Below are positions 38,252-50,632 of a stretch of 64,000 nt of DNA, one piece after another. The stretch's first letter is position 1. Each line of letters starts with the position of its first letter. Under the pieces are notes generated by a model, which worked only from the letters and a program-made list of their open reading frames with translations, made no database searches and was not told the DNA's origin. The stretch is from Octopus sinensis. Taxonomy: Eukaryota. Location of the stretch: contig NC_043020.1 of NCBI RefSeq assembly GCF_006345805.1, forward strand, positions 10,478,001 through 10,542,000, written 5' to 3'. Made by a program: the position numbers and the translations under genes.

Positions 38252-38790
38252 CATTGTGTACAGTGCTCAGGTGCACTACAACTCATCTAAAGTGTATGTA
38301 TAATCAGGTGTAGTTTCGGCGGATTTCGGAAAGCATGAGGGCCTTAAAGGATGCAGTGTCATGGCAGTCAACAACTGACGCAGGCAGTTTGTTCCATGCT
38401 TCAGCAACTCTGAGCGTGAAAAAATGTTTCCGAAAGTCATGGGAGCTGTGTTGTTTTCTGACTTGTAGGTATGTCAGTGTGTTAGACACATGAAGATCAA
38501 AAAAGGTGTTCAGTGTTGTTGTTGGTGAGGTGGTTGATAATTTGTGGGTGGTTACCAAGCCCATCGCCAGACGCCGGAGCTTCAGTGAATCCATGCCCAG
38601 GGAACACAAGCGCTCAGAGTATGGTAGGTGTCTGATGGAGGGTATGCGTTTGGTTGCACGTCTCTGGACAGATTCCAGGAGGTCAATGTTCTGAGCAAGA
38701 TAGGGGTTCCAAACTGATGATGCGAATTCCAAGTGTGGTCGTACCATAGCTGTATACAGTTTTAAATAGATGGCTGGAGAGCGGCTATAT
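38190..38790 (-). mobile_element. 3' end of a CR1-clade LINE with (TTA)n tail
   Basis: ORF 38304..38747: VRPHLEFASSVWNPY, LESVQRRATKRIP, YSERL..L..DSLKLRR, RKHFFTLRVAEAWNKLP. Confidence 0.9.
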
Positions 38791-38835
38791 TAAATTACAA
38801 TGTTTCCTTTGAATGCAGGGATTAGAACCATTTAC

Positions 38836-39204
38836 ATACTTCCTTTGATAATATCTTGAAACATTAAAATTGTATTGGTCGTTTCACAAAAGTAATATAA
38901 AATTTCACATACATTTTGTTTAAACCGGGAGATAGACTACATATCCATTTTAAATATCGATTTACTCTGGTTTTTGTCAGTTTATTACTTGTGTTTAAAC
39001 ATTTGATACACATACATCTGTATATTATAAATGCAGATGTATATACTTTCCTGTAATAAACTGACAAAAACTAGAGTAAATCGAAATTTAAAATGGATAT
39101 GTAGTCTATCTTCTGGTTTAAACAAAATATATGTGAAATTTTATATTACATTTGTGAAACAACCAATACAATTTTAATGTTTCAAGATATTATCAAAGAA
39201 AGTA
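38836..39204. repeat. Inverted repeat / MITE-like fold-back (~140-bp arms)
   Basis: CTTTGATAATATCTTGAAAC...GTCAGTTTATTAC mirrored from ~39054. Confidence 0.8.
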
Positions 39205-39397
39205 TTTAGACTCTTCCACGTTCCTGTTTGGAGTCGAACCACTTCAGGACTACATTGGATGTTTCTGCAACAACAAAGCATACACGGTCGAGTCGATGTC
39301 GAGTCCTTCGATATCCGCCATTAAAACTTCACCATCGCGATCTTGATTTTACACGCCGGCTTCCTGTAGACGAACCAGAATTGAAAGACCATTCATG

Positions 39398-39787
39398 TTG
39401 ATGGAAGCACTCCGTCGGTTACGACGATGAGGGTTCTGGTTGATCCGAATCAACGGAACAGCCTGCTCGTGAAATTAACGTGTAAGTGGCTGAGCACTCC
39501 ACAGACACGTGTAACCTTAACGTAGTTCTCGGGGATATTCAGCGTGACACAGAGAGTGACAAGGCCGGCCCTTTGAAATACAGGTACAACAGAAACAGGA
39601 AGTAAGAGTGAGAAAAAGTTGTGGTGAAAGAGTACAGCAGGGATCACCACCATCCCCTGCCGAAGCCTCGTGGAGCTTTAGGTGTTTTTCGCTCAATAAA
39701 CACTCACAACGCCCAGTCTGGGAATCGAAACCGCGATCCTATGACCGCGAGTCCGCTGCCCTAACCACTGGGCCATTGCGCCTCCAC
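39398..39787 (-). mobile_element. SINE family C with 9-bp TSD CCATTCATG
   Basis: TSD at 39389-39397 and 39788-39796. Confidence 0.9.
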
Positions 39788-40032
39788 CCATTCATGGTAG
39801 CGATAAGAACTACCTTTGTCCCTTTGGTGTTCCTTTTTGAAATCAACCGCTGCTTTTGCCACAACTGGTATCACACCTTTAATCACGGGTTCCAGGATTT
39901 TTAAGCTCGGACATGCATCGAATATAAGTAGAGACACGAAGTTGGCGACATCAGTGAAACCCTTTATAAAATCTTCCAGACATTTTCGTATGATCATTCG
40001 GATTCAACTTCATTAAAAATGCAAATACATAT

Positions 40033-40178
40033 TTATTTCTTTACTACCCACAAAGGGGCTAAACACAGAGGGGACAAACAAGGACGGACAAAAGGATTAA
40101 GTCGATTAGATCGACCCCAGTATGTAACTGGTACTTAATTTATCGACCCTGAAAGGATGAAAGGCTAAGTCGACCTCA
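40033..40178 (-). mobile_element. SINE family B, 3' part
   Basis: Tail and core only. Confidence 0.8.
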
Positions 40179-40293
40179 AACAGCAAGATTCAGTAATCTT
40201 GTATTATATCAAAAGAACCATTCAGTACCGACTCTTGTGCAGATTCTGTTCTGCATACGTATTTGTAATGATATCGAAGACTTGAGAAAATTC

Positions 40294-40690
40294 ACAGGAG
40301 TGGCTGTGTGGTAAGTAGCTTGCTTATGAACCACATGGTTCCGGGTTCAGTCCAAATGCGTGGCACCTTGGGCAAGTGTCTTCTACTATAGCCTCGGGCC
40401 GACCAAAGCCTTGTGAGTGAATTTGGTAGACGGAAACTGAAAGAACCCTGTCGTGTATATGTATATATATATGTGCGTGTGTGTTTGTGTATGTCCCACT
40501 AGCATTGCTTGACAACCGATGCTGGTGTGTTGACGTCCCCGTAACTTAGCGGTTCGGCAAAAAAAGAGAACCGATAGAATAAGTACTGGGCTTACAAAGA
40601 ATAAGTCCCGGGGTCGATTTGCTCGACTAAAGGCGGTGCTCCAGCATGGCCGCAGTCAAAATGACTGAAACAAGTAAAAGAAAGAAAGAA
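40294..40690 (+). mobile_element. SINE family A
   Basis: Full copy. Confidence 0.88.
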
Positions 40691-41007
40691 TTTAAAAATT
40701 TTCCCGAAACTTTGAAATTTCCACAGGAACAGCTAAACAGAAAAGATCCCAAATATTAAACCAGAACAAAAATTGAAGAAACTGAGAATTGGCAGCCAAA
40801 CAGAAAAGTTCCTTGGTTTGGTTTGCTCAATAAAAGCTGATCTGGGGATTAAACAACAACAACAACAACAACAACCAAATCCGTACTACAATGTCCATTC
40901 TGTCCCATCTTTACCTCGTTTCAGGAATTAAGCTTTATTCAAATCTCCAACACCACTACCACCACCATCTTATTAAAGCAATGTGGTATGTGTTTATGGT
41001 GGTGGTA

Positions 41008-41765
41008 CTGGCAGAAACGTTCGCACGCTGGGCGAAATGCTTAGCGGTATTTCGTCTGCCATTACGTTCTGAGTTCAAATTCCGCCGAGGTCGACTTTGC
41101 CTTTCATCCTTTCAGGGTCGATAACTTAAGTACCAGTTACGCACTGGGGTCGATGTAATCGACTTAATACCTATGTCTGTCCTTGTTTGTCCCCTCTGTG
41201 TTTAGCCTCTTGTGGGTAATAAAGAAATAAGTATTTCGTCTGCCGTTACGTTCTGAGTTCAAATTCCGCCGAGGTCGACTTTGCCTTTCATCCTTTCGGG
41301 GTCGATAAATTAAGTACCAGTTTCGCACTGGGGTCGATCTAATCGACTTAATACCTATGTCTGTCCTTGTTTGTCCCCTCTGTGTTTAGCCTCTTGTGGG
41401 TAATAAAGAAATAGGTATTTCGTCTGCCATTACGTTCTGAGTTCAAATTCCGCCGAGGTCGACTTTGCCTTTCATCCTTTTGGGGTCGATAAATTAAGTA
41501 CCAGTTACGCACTGATCGACTTAATACCTATGTCTGTCCTTGTTTGTCCCCTCTATGTTTAGCCCCTTGTGGGTAATAAAGAAATAAGTATTTCGTCTGC
41601 CATTACGTTCTGAGTTCAAATTCCGCCGAGGTCGACTTTGCCTTTCATCCTTTTGGGGTCGATAAATAAAGTACCAGTTACGCACTGGGTCGATGTAATC
41701 GACTTAATACCTATGTCTGTCCCCTCTATGTTTAGCCCCTTGTGGGTAATAAAGAAATAGGTATT
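41008..41765 (+). mobile_element. SINE family B, head plus four monomers
   Basis: Four tandem ~185-bp units. Confidence 0.9.
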
Positions 41766-42242
41766 AGTGATGGTGGGAGGGTAGATTAGTGAAAGAGTTT
41801 GAAATCTGCGAAGAGATTAACTATACAAAATGACAGCCAGAGGGTAGTTGGTCATAAAGGGGGCAAACAAGGGATAGAGGGAGGAAGGGAAGGAGGGAGG
41901 CATTGAGAGGGGGAAAATACAGGAGGAAAAGGGAAACAGAAAGAGAGAAAGAAAGGAGGCTCGTAGTTCATTAAATCCAACAGGTTGCTTGCGAACTTTC
42001 AGTGGGGCAGTGGTGGGGGGAATGTCAGGTGTCTAAGCGTTAAGGTATTTGTGAACAGCAACCCCCCCCCCATACCCAACACCAACGTGATTATTATTAT
42101 TATTAATAATAATAATGATATGTAGTGTCCCGGTCTCACGGTATTGTTTTCTTGCTACGACAAAGTATAATTGAGAGCAGACTGTAGTAGCAGTTGAGTT
42201 TGAAAATACAACTCGACGGAAAGGAGATTTTACTGTGAAAAA

Positions 42243-42267
42243 ATGTGGCTTGGCTTTCTCCGTTCAG
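42243..42267 (+). CDS. Candidate first coding exon of the myosin gene (MWLGFLRS + phase-1 G)
   Basis: ATG at 42243, strong donor CAG|gtaaaa. Phase 1 joins exon 48558 (G+AT=Asp). Lies in a unique, relatively CpG-containing segment. No homology support. Confidence 0.35.
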
Positions 42268-43153
42268 GTAAAAAGAAATTCGAAAACTGAAGGGAAAATC
42301 CTAAAATTATATTAATTTGCGTTGTTAATTAAATTTATGCATTTATTGTAAACTTCACACTGCTTATTTAATTACATAGCAAATTGTTGCTGTGTATATG
42401 TTTTTTGTTTACCTGTTAATTATCTGTCGTTTTCTTTATTTATTTTTCTCTGCTTTATTTGTATATCGAATGTCAATGTTTTATTAGAAAAACCCTTCCG
42501 TCTTCGATAACGACATGTGTCTATCGTCTTCATTTTTAATGATATTTTTTTAGGCCCAAATCCTCACAGAGGTTAACAGACAATTTAATCGACACCAGGG
42601 CTTAATTAATACTATATTTTATCGACCCCCAACAAATATTTAGCTTGTACTTTATTCTATTAATTCCAGTACTTGACTGGTACTTCGTTTTTATCTTTAT
42701 AACAGCGAGTTTGTTGTATATATATATACACTGCAAGAAATCTCGCTATTCATCTCTGTAGTAATGTAAACTGACAATGCCAGCATAAAGTACTTTGGCC
42801 AGAAGGGCAAAAAAATACCAATAGAGCATAAAAACATTGGATCTTTTCCTTTTGAACGGCACATGTCAACACAATTTCTAGTTAACTAAACACTTTTAAA
42901 CTTCGTATTCTGGTAGAATGTGTTTATAAAACATCATTTTTACAACGATACTTCAACACACAAAGATTTGGCTACTGCCTGCAATTAAGTTCACACTACA
43001 ACTCGTCGGAAAAGGGTAAAAGAGGGGACAGAAAGCTATAATTCAAGTAAAGACAACAACGATAATATAAAGTAAATGCACAGAACACAGAATAAGACAT
43101 CAAAAGGAAAGAAAATTGAACATAAAAAGAACCATAAAGACGAACGGGTACTA

Positions 43154-43294
43154 TAAGGTTGTCCCAAAAGTTCGTAGAAAGTCTTGGAAAATAATGGTCT
43201 TTATTTTGAGGAATAATTTTTGTTGTTTTTGTTAGTACTTGGCGAGTAAAAATTCTATTTTCGCAAGTGTTTACGAACTTTTGGGACAACCTAA
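43154..43294. mobile_element. mariner-type MITE (141 bp)
   Basis: TA TSD; TIR (T)AAGGTTGTCCCAAAAGTTCGTA at both ends. Confidence 0.85.
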
Positions 43295-43517
43295 TATATA
43301 GGAACGACAGTAGTGTTGCAGAATTTCAGAGCGCATAAAGTTGTTAAGAACTGAAACAGGTAGTCTAGTCCATGCTTTGTGAAAAATGTTTCTGAAAGTT
43401 ATGAGTTCCGTATTGTGTGTGTGTGTGTGTATATATAATATTAGGGAGTATGGCTCCAAACTTACAGGGAAAAATTAGATTTAATATTAAATCAAATTTC
43501 ACAGTATAAATATATAA

Positions 43518-43689
43518 AATATGAATTAGAGATAAAACCACTATTAGGCAACTCAAACAGTGATAGACATAAACCAATACATAAATAACAAATAATATAG
43601 ATATAATTAATATAATATATATAATGGCGGTGCCCCAGCATGGCCACAGCTCGTGAGCTGAAACTAGATAAAATTTAATATATATATAT

Positions 43690-43730
<41 letters not shown>

Positions 43731-43873
43731 TTATATATATATATATATATAAAATATGAATTTTTTATATATATATTATATTAATTATATTTATATTATT
43801 TGTTATTTATGTATTGGTTTATGTCTATCACTGTTTGAGTTGCCTAATAGTGGTTTTATCTCTAATTCATATT
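43518..43873. repeat. AT-rich fold-back inverted repeat
   Basis: AATATGAATTAGAGATAAAACCACTATTAGGCAACTC mirrored at 43830-43873. Confidence 0.8.
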
Positions 43874-44934
43874 ATATATATATATATACACATATACAGT
43901 ACCGTACTCCATGTCCATAGGTGATTAGAGATATCAAATTTTAAAAAATGTATCCGAAATTATTGGAAAGATGATGGATAATCTTGCAGGTTTCTTATCG
44001 AGTCAGCTGCTAAATGCCGAAACTTTAGTGTGCCCAAGGCCCATTGCTGGTACTTTATTTTATCGACTCCGAAATTATGAAAAGCGAGGTTCACCTTGGA
44101 CGGATTCGAAATCAAAACATAAAGGGTAATAATTAAATATAATAAGATAATTTGTTCGATGCACAACCGAATTGGTCACTCTCTCATTCTTTAATCTTAC
44201 ACAATGATTCCAAGGTATTGACATAAAATATAATTGATTTTGAAAAAGGAATACGGTCAGCGGAACCAATCGTAAAAGCTTTTTTTTTTTTCTGTTGATA
44301 CTTTTATTGCTAAAACAAAGTCGACTCGGAATTTATTTGAACTTCTATTTTGAAATACGATATAGAGAATTTTTCGTCCGCTTTTCTCCAAGTTTTGTCA
44401 TATTTATTTGTCTGTTCATCGTTGTTATTAAAAGGAAACTCACCAAACCAGTCTCTACGTTTGTGGCTAGACTGGTTAGAAATAGCAGCTGAGATTCTTC
44501 AAAACACACTCTGCTGTCTTAGGGAAATAACACGATAGATAACTTAAGCTTAGACTCCTGAAAACTGACTGGACTGTTATGGTTGGAATGGCTTTTTACC
44601 GCAAGTCTGCTTGGTCAGGACTAACGTAGAACTAAATAAATAAATATCAAATAATTTAAAAGTGAGGGATAGGAAAACGTGAGGTGAGAAGTAAAGAAAA
44701 ATAGACTTCCGTACCGACCGGAATATGTCTTTTTTTACATACAAAAGATAACGACAGCTAAAGAGAGAATACTATTTAGTGTCCTAAAACTTTTTAAGTG
44801 GAACTTATCTATGAAGTGCTGTTATTAATATCTATATTTAGCTGACAAATATATCTCGCTTAATTAATAGACAGCTATTAATTTCAGTTTTACGTTCTTA
44901 TCGGTTCAATATAGCCAAATCTATGTGTATTGGC

Positions 44935-45349
44935 ATCTTTTCGGTTTGAACGGCAGTTTTTAACATAATTTCTAGGTAACTAAAAAATTTTAAACTTCGT
45001 ATACTGTAGAATGTGTTTATAAAACATCTTTTTCTCTTGGCTTTATTGAGAAAATTCTATAGTTTGTAAGATATTTGTTTTTTGTTTTTTTTTCTTCAAT
45101 TTCTGCAATTGCAACCAATCAGTGACGTCTATTGAGGTAAAAAAAAAAACATTCCGTGCCGTATGAATATGTCCCTCGTTTAAGAAAAAGATTGGGTTTA
45201 TTTACATTTGTGAAGAAAAAAAGATACCCTTCCCCCCACCCCTAACCCTAAAACAGATTGAAATGCAATAGATCGATACTAGGGTCATAATTATGGGTGA
45301 CAATTTCATATGACACCGCTAGGAAAAACTGCCGTTCAAACCGAAAAGA
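44935..45349. mobile_element. MITE, same family as 32681-33092
   Basis: TIR ATCTTTTCGGTTTGAACGGCAG at both ends. Confidence 0.85.
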
Positions 45350-46189
45350 ATTGTTCTGCAGAGGTAAAGACTATGTACGTAACCCTAACTACCGGGTGTA
45401 CGCATTCTTTACTTTTGCCTATGGTTGATACTTCCACCTATCAAATGTTTTTATCATCTATTGGTATTTTGTTGTCCTTCCGGCCAAGGTATTTTATGCT
45501 GACATTGTCACAGTTTACATTACAGCTGAGATGAATTGCAAGATTTCTTGTAAAATGGAGTCAAGTTGGATTTGAACCGAGATATGTATCTGTTGATATA
45601 TTATCTCAAGTTAAATGTCAAATGTCAAAACTTTGTTACCTTTGTACTGAAATAAAATTAATATGTTGTTCCCAGATCATTCTGAAAATGCTAGCCTTAT
45701 TCAAAAGAAGCAGAATGTCAGTATCAGATAGAAATAGCATCAAAATAGTTTCGTTTCATCACACCCTTTGACCTGTATTGCACTTTTGAAATTTCTTAAC
45801 ATTTCAAAGAAGTTACGTGATGAAAAAAAAAAAAAAATTTTTTCTTCAATTCTCACAAATATGGACAGTTTCTATTTACTGAAGAGAGATTAACCATTCA
45901 AAAAAAATTACTGCATCTCAAAACTTTTTGGCTTCCATTCATAATTCTCTCTGATAAAACCCATAGTATCATGTCTTTTAGTGGTGTATATACATCAGAT
46001 ATGGTAAATGGATGGCTATTTTGAATTTCATGCTGTTTCAATTGCATTCACTGAGTTTTATTCAGCCTGGAAATCTTTCTGCAAAATCAGTGAATTATTA
46101 TATTCTCTGTTCATTAGAGAATATTCTCATAAGTCAATGCTGGGATGATGTTTGCTTCAGTCAGATATGTATTGTGTTTTTAACTCAAT

Positions 46190-46468
46190 AAGAACCATCC
46201 AATTGTGGCCGTTGCCAGCCTCTTCTGGCCCCCATGCCAGTGGCACGTAAAAAGCACCATCCGATCATGGCCGTTTGCCAGCCTCGTCTGGCACGTAAAA
46301 AGCACCCACTACGCTCTTGGAGTGGTTGGCGTTAGGAAGGGCATCCAGCTGTAGAAACACTGCCAGATCAGACTGGGCCTGGTGCAGCCTTCTGGCTTCC
46401 CAGACCCCAGTTGAACTGTCCAACCCATGCTAGCATGGAAAATGGATGTTAAATGATGATGATGATGA
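46190..46468 (+). mobile_element. RTE-tailed family D
   Basis: Same tail plus (GAT)n. Confidence 0.8.
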
Positions 46469-46964
46469 AGTCTTTGAAGAGATTTCCTCTCAGACAAAAG
46501 CTACTGCATCTTGTCTCTCAATGGTGTATATATACATTAGGTATAGTAGAAAGATAGCTATTAAAATTCTGATCTTCACATAATTATTGCCAACGAATGA
46601 AATACATATTTCAAAATATCAGGTAATCCCATAAGTAGTGTCCAAGTTTTGGGTAAGGAAAAAAAAAAGTCATCTAATTTTACATTTTATTAAAATTTAA
46701 TCCTATTTATAATTCCTATCATTATTGATGACTTCTTTCCATCTACTCATCAGTTTTTTTTATTCCACTGATGAAAAACTCTTTTGGCTTTGAATGCGCC
46801 TTCCATAAATCCATCTTCAAAGGGTAAACATTAGTAATGAACTCAGATTATTCTGTAAATAGAAATCATATCAAGTAAAAGATTTCCAAATTCATAAAAG
46901 TTTCAATCATTACCATTTGACATTTTAGAATACTGTAAAATTTGATAGAGATTTCATATTTCAT

Positions 46965-47228
46965 GAATGGTTGTATACTGTCAATCTAACACGAACGTGA
47001 CAGTAGGGGGGTACACCACCGCTGTTTAGCCCTAGGAAGCCTCGACGCCTCCTGATGGCTTTGACACATTTTTCCTGTGTCCTTATATACATTTACGTAA
47101 ATGTATATAAGGACACAGGAAAAATGTGTGAAAGCCATCAGGAGGCGTCGATGCTTCCTAGGGCTAAACAGCAGTGGTGTACTCCCCTACTGTCACGTTC
47201 GTGTTAGATTGACGGTATACAACCATTC
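46965..47228. repeat. 264-bp zero-spacer palindrome
   Basis: Centre ATTTAC|GTAAAT at 47096/47097; arms register-exact with a handful of mismatches. Confidence 0.92.
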
Positions 47229-47556
47229 TATCGCCCCACCACCGTACATGTCTCTACGAGAGATTTAGAAATTTAGTATTTCTGATACATATTTCATGTT
47301 TCGGACATTATTTATAGGATGACCAGGCATTTCAATTTCTTACAGATTAAACTATCAAATTATGGCTACAAAGTCTGAACAAATCTTGAAAAAGAGATCT
47401 TGTGAAAATGTCACATTCTATAATGATATTAAAAAAGGTAAGATGCAATATTGACATAGAAATAATTTATGTAGCCACATACATTATTGTTAATTTAGTT
47501 CAAGTTCATTTTGTATCCAAATAGTTGGATACATATATATATAAGATGATGAATAT

Positions 47557-47950
47557 AGGCATAGGAGTGACTGTGTGGTAAGTAGCTTTGCTTACCAACC
47601 ACATGGTTCCAGGTTCAGTCCCACTGCGTGGCACCTTGGGCAAGTGTCTTCTACTATAGCCTTGGTCAGACCAAAGCCTTGTGAGTGGATTTGGTAGATG
47701 GAAACTGAAAGAAGCCCGTCATATATATGTACGTGTATATGTTTGTGCGTCTGTGTTCGTCCCCCCCTCCCCCAACATCGCTTGACAACTGATGCTGGTG
47801 TGTTTACGTCCCCGTAACTTAGTGGTTTGGCAAAAGAGACCGATAGAATAAGTACTAGGCTTACAAAGAATAAGTCCCGGGGTCAATTTGCTCGACTAAA
47901 GGTGATGCTCCAGCATGGCCACAGTCAAATGACTGAAACAAGTAAAAGAA
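47557..47950 (+). mobile_element. SINE family A
   Basis: Full copy. Confidence 0.88.
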
Positions 47951-48064
47951 TACACACACACACACATATATATATCTATATATATGCAAACATTGGGCCT
48001 CACAGGGGCAATGACAAGTGACTGAGACCTTTGGAGATATGCTGTGCAAGCTAAGTGAGACCGT

Positions 48065-48340
48065 ACCAAGTGACGGGGACATAAACAAACCAGCATCGGT
48101 TGTCAAGCAATGCTAGAGGGACAAACACAGACACACAAACATAAACACGCACATACATATATATATACATATATACGACATGCTTCTTTCAGTTTCCGTC
48201 TACCAAATCCAATCACAAGGCTTTGGTCGGCCCGAGGCTATAGCAGAAGACACTTGCCCAAGATGCCATGCAGTGGGACTGAACCCGGAACCATGTGATT
48301 CGTAAGCAAGCTACTTACCACACAGCCACTCCTGTGCCTA
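48065..48340 (-). mobile_element. SINE family A, 5' two-thirds
   Basis: Reverse complement of head and core. Confidence 0.85.
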
Positions 48341-48557
48341 TGGAAAAATATTACCTTGCTTAGAAAAAGGTGAGAACTGGCAACAGGAGGAGTATCCAAC
48401 ATCAGAAAATCTTCATCAATGAATTCCATCTACCAGGATGGAAAGTGGATGGTAAAACAATGATTATAATTCTTATATTCTTGGCCTTTGTTTTTTTGAT
48501 TCCAGCTTTAATATTGTTTCTATGTAACAAAATAGTTTGTAATTTCTTTTAAATCAG

Positions 48558-48697
48558 ATGACCAATTACAAGAACCTCAGCTCCTCAATGCTTATGGAGA
48601 AATGCCAGTCTCTGATATTGTCCACTTGAAATATCCGGTTTTTGCTGAAAATGTCATTTCCTGCCTTGATATGCGATTCATCCGGGGTTTACTTGAG
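48558..48697 (+). CDS. Exon of divergent unconventional myosin (Dachs/class XX-like), motor-domain N-terminus
   Basis: Acceptor tttcttttaaatcag, donor GAG|gtaatt. Frame reads (D)DQLQEPQLLNAYGEMPVSDIVHLKYPVFAENVISCLDMRFIRGLLE, matching the myosin-head 'DLxxL...E..vl..L..RF' motif. Ends in phase 0, compatible with the next exon. Confidence 0.8.
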
Positions 48698-48952
48698 GTA
48701 ATTAAGAACAGAACGTAGAAAATCCTGTTTCACAATTGAAAAATGCGTATGTTTATTTCAGCTAATGATTTAACATTTGTATTTCTTTGTAAAGAAATGG
48801 TAATGACTGTATGTGTGCATTGATGCATGTATGCAAGCATGCATGCATATACGTGTGCATGTATGTGTGTGTATTTATTAAACTTTTACAATCTGTTGAA
48901 GGCAAATGTACTGAAACTGTTGGGTCACTATCAACACTTTCTTTGTAAAAGT

Positions 48953-49058
48953 CACGTTGAAAGCACCGGTTCTTGTCTGATCACCGAAGTTAAGCAACGT
49001 CGAGCCTAGTCAGTACTCAGATGGGTGACCACTTGGGAAACCTAGGTGCAGTAAGCAT
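48953..49058 (+). pseudogene. 5S rRNA-derived sequence (5'-truncated pseudogene or SINE3 head)
   Basis: CACGTTGAAAGCACCGGTTCTTGTCTGATCACCGAAGTTAAGCAACGTCG...GATGGGTGACC..GGGAA matches invertebrate 5S rRNA as recalled. Roughly the first 14 nt are missing and there is no oligo-T terminator. Confidence 0.88.
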
Positions 49059-49332
49059 AGCAAATTGATTTTTAAATGGCGGTGCCCCAGCATGGCCACA
49101 GCTTGTGAGCTGAAACTAGATAAAATGAAAATAAAATATATTCTACTAAAAAGCATTCAGTATTCGACCAGGACACTGTGTAGGTGTTCATATGTATGTG
49201 TGTGTCATACAAAAAGCATGGCTGTGTCATAAAGAGGTTTGCTTTTGGATTCAGCCCCACTACATGGTACCTTGGGCAAGTGTCTTCTGCTGTAGCCCCA
49301 GCTAACAAAAGCCTTGATAATGAAAGAAGCCT

Positions 49333-49561
49333 ATTTCTTTACTACCCACAAGGGGCTAAACATAGAGGGGACAAACCAGGACAGACAAAGGGATTAAATC
49401 GATTATCTCGACCCCAGTGCGTAACTGGTACTTAATTTATCGACCCTGAAAGGATGAAAGGCAAAGTCGACCTCGGCGGAATTTGAACTCAGAACGTAAC
49501 GGCAGACGAAATACAGCTACGCATTTCGCCCTGCGTGCTAACGTTTCTGCCAGCTTGCCGC
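49333..49561 (-). mobile_element. SINE family B nested in an old family-A copy
   Basis: 18-bp TSD TGATAATGAAAG(A/T)AGCCT at 49315-49332 and 49562-49579. Confidence 0.88.
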
Positions 49562-49945
49562 TGATAATGAAAGTAGCCTGTCGTGTGTGTATGTGTGTGT
49601 GAAGAAAGCCTATCATATTTATGTATGTTTGTGTGTGTGAAAGATGCCTGTCATATACAGTAATACCTCATTTATGTTGACCTGCTTTACGTGACTCCAG
49701 GTTTACGAGTTTTATTTTATAAATATAAAATGGTTAAACAGACATTTTATGTGTATGGCAACATCACAACATGTGACAGCACTGGGTTTGACACAGTGAC
49801 CGAGTAAAATGATAGCATAAAATTTCATTACTATTTTGGGAAATTATTGCTCTGATTTACAAGTGATCTCCAAGAACAAATTAACTCATATATCCAGGCA
49901 TTATTGTATATATATATATATATATACAAAGAATATATATATATA

Positions 49946-49986
<41 letters not shown>

Positions 49987-50184
49987 TGTAAACCTACTTT
50001 TGAGCCACCCTGTATATTGTGAACTCTCTTGTTATAGATGCACTGAAGATTTATTTATAGTCAATAGATAAGATACCAATCTGTCTACCCTGAAACCAGA
50101 AGCCAGATTTCCCACAAGTTTTGTATGCATCTACTACCGGTTGCTTATTCTCGACCTTTGTGAACACCATCTTTTTTTTTTTTT

Positions 50185-50632
50185 TTACTTTTTACTTGTT
50201 TCAGTCATGTGACTGTGGCCATGCTGGAGCACCGCCTTTAGTCGAGCAAATCGACCGCAGGACTTATTCTTTGTAAGCCTAGTACTTATTCTATCGGTCT
50301 CTTTTGCTGAACTGCTAAGTTACGGGGACGTAAACACACCAGCATTGGTTGTCAAGCGATGTTGGGGGGGACAAACGCAGACACACAAACCTATACACGC
50401 ACATACATATATATATATATTATATATATATATATTATATATATATATATGTATATATATATACTCATATATACGACGGGCTTCTTTCAGTTTCCGTCTA
50501 CCAAATCCACTCACAAGGCTTTGGTCGGCCTGAGGCTATAGTAGAAGACACTTGCCCAAGGTGCCATGCAGTGGGACTGAACCCGGAACCATGTGGTTGG
50601 TAAACAAGCTACTTACCACACAGCCACTCCTA
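50185..50632 (-). mobile_element. SINE family A
   Basis: Full copy, head abutting the next copy. Confidence 0.88.

Noticed and set aside
48953-49058. Functional 5S rRNA gene
   Set aside because: 5' end missing, many substitutions, no oligo-T terminator, single copy
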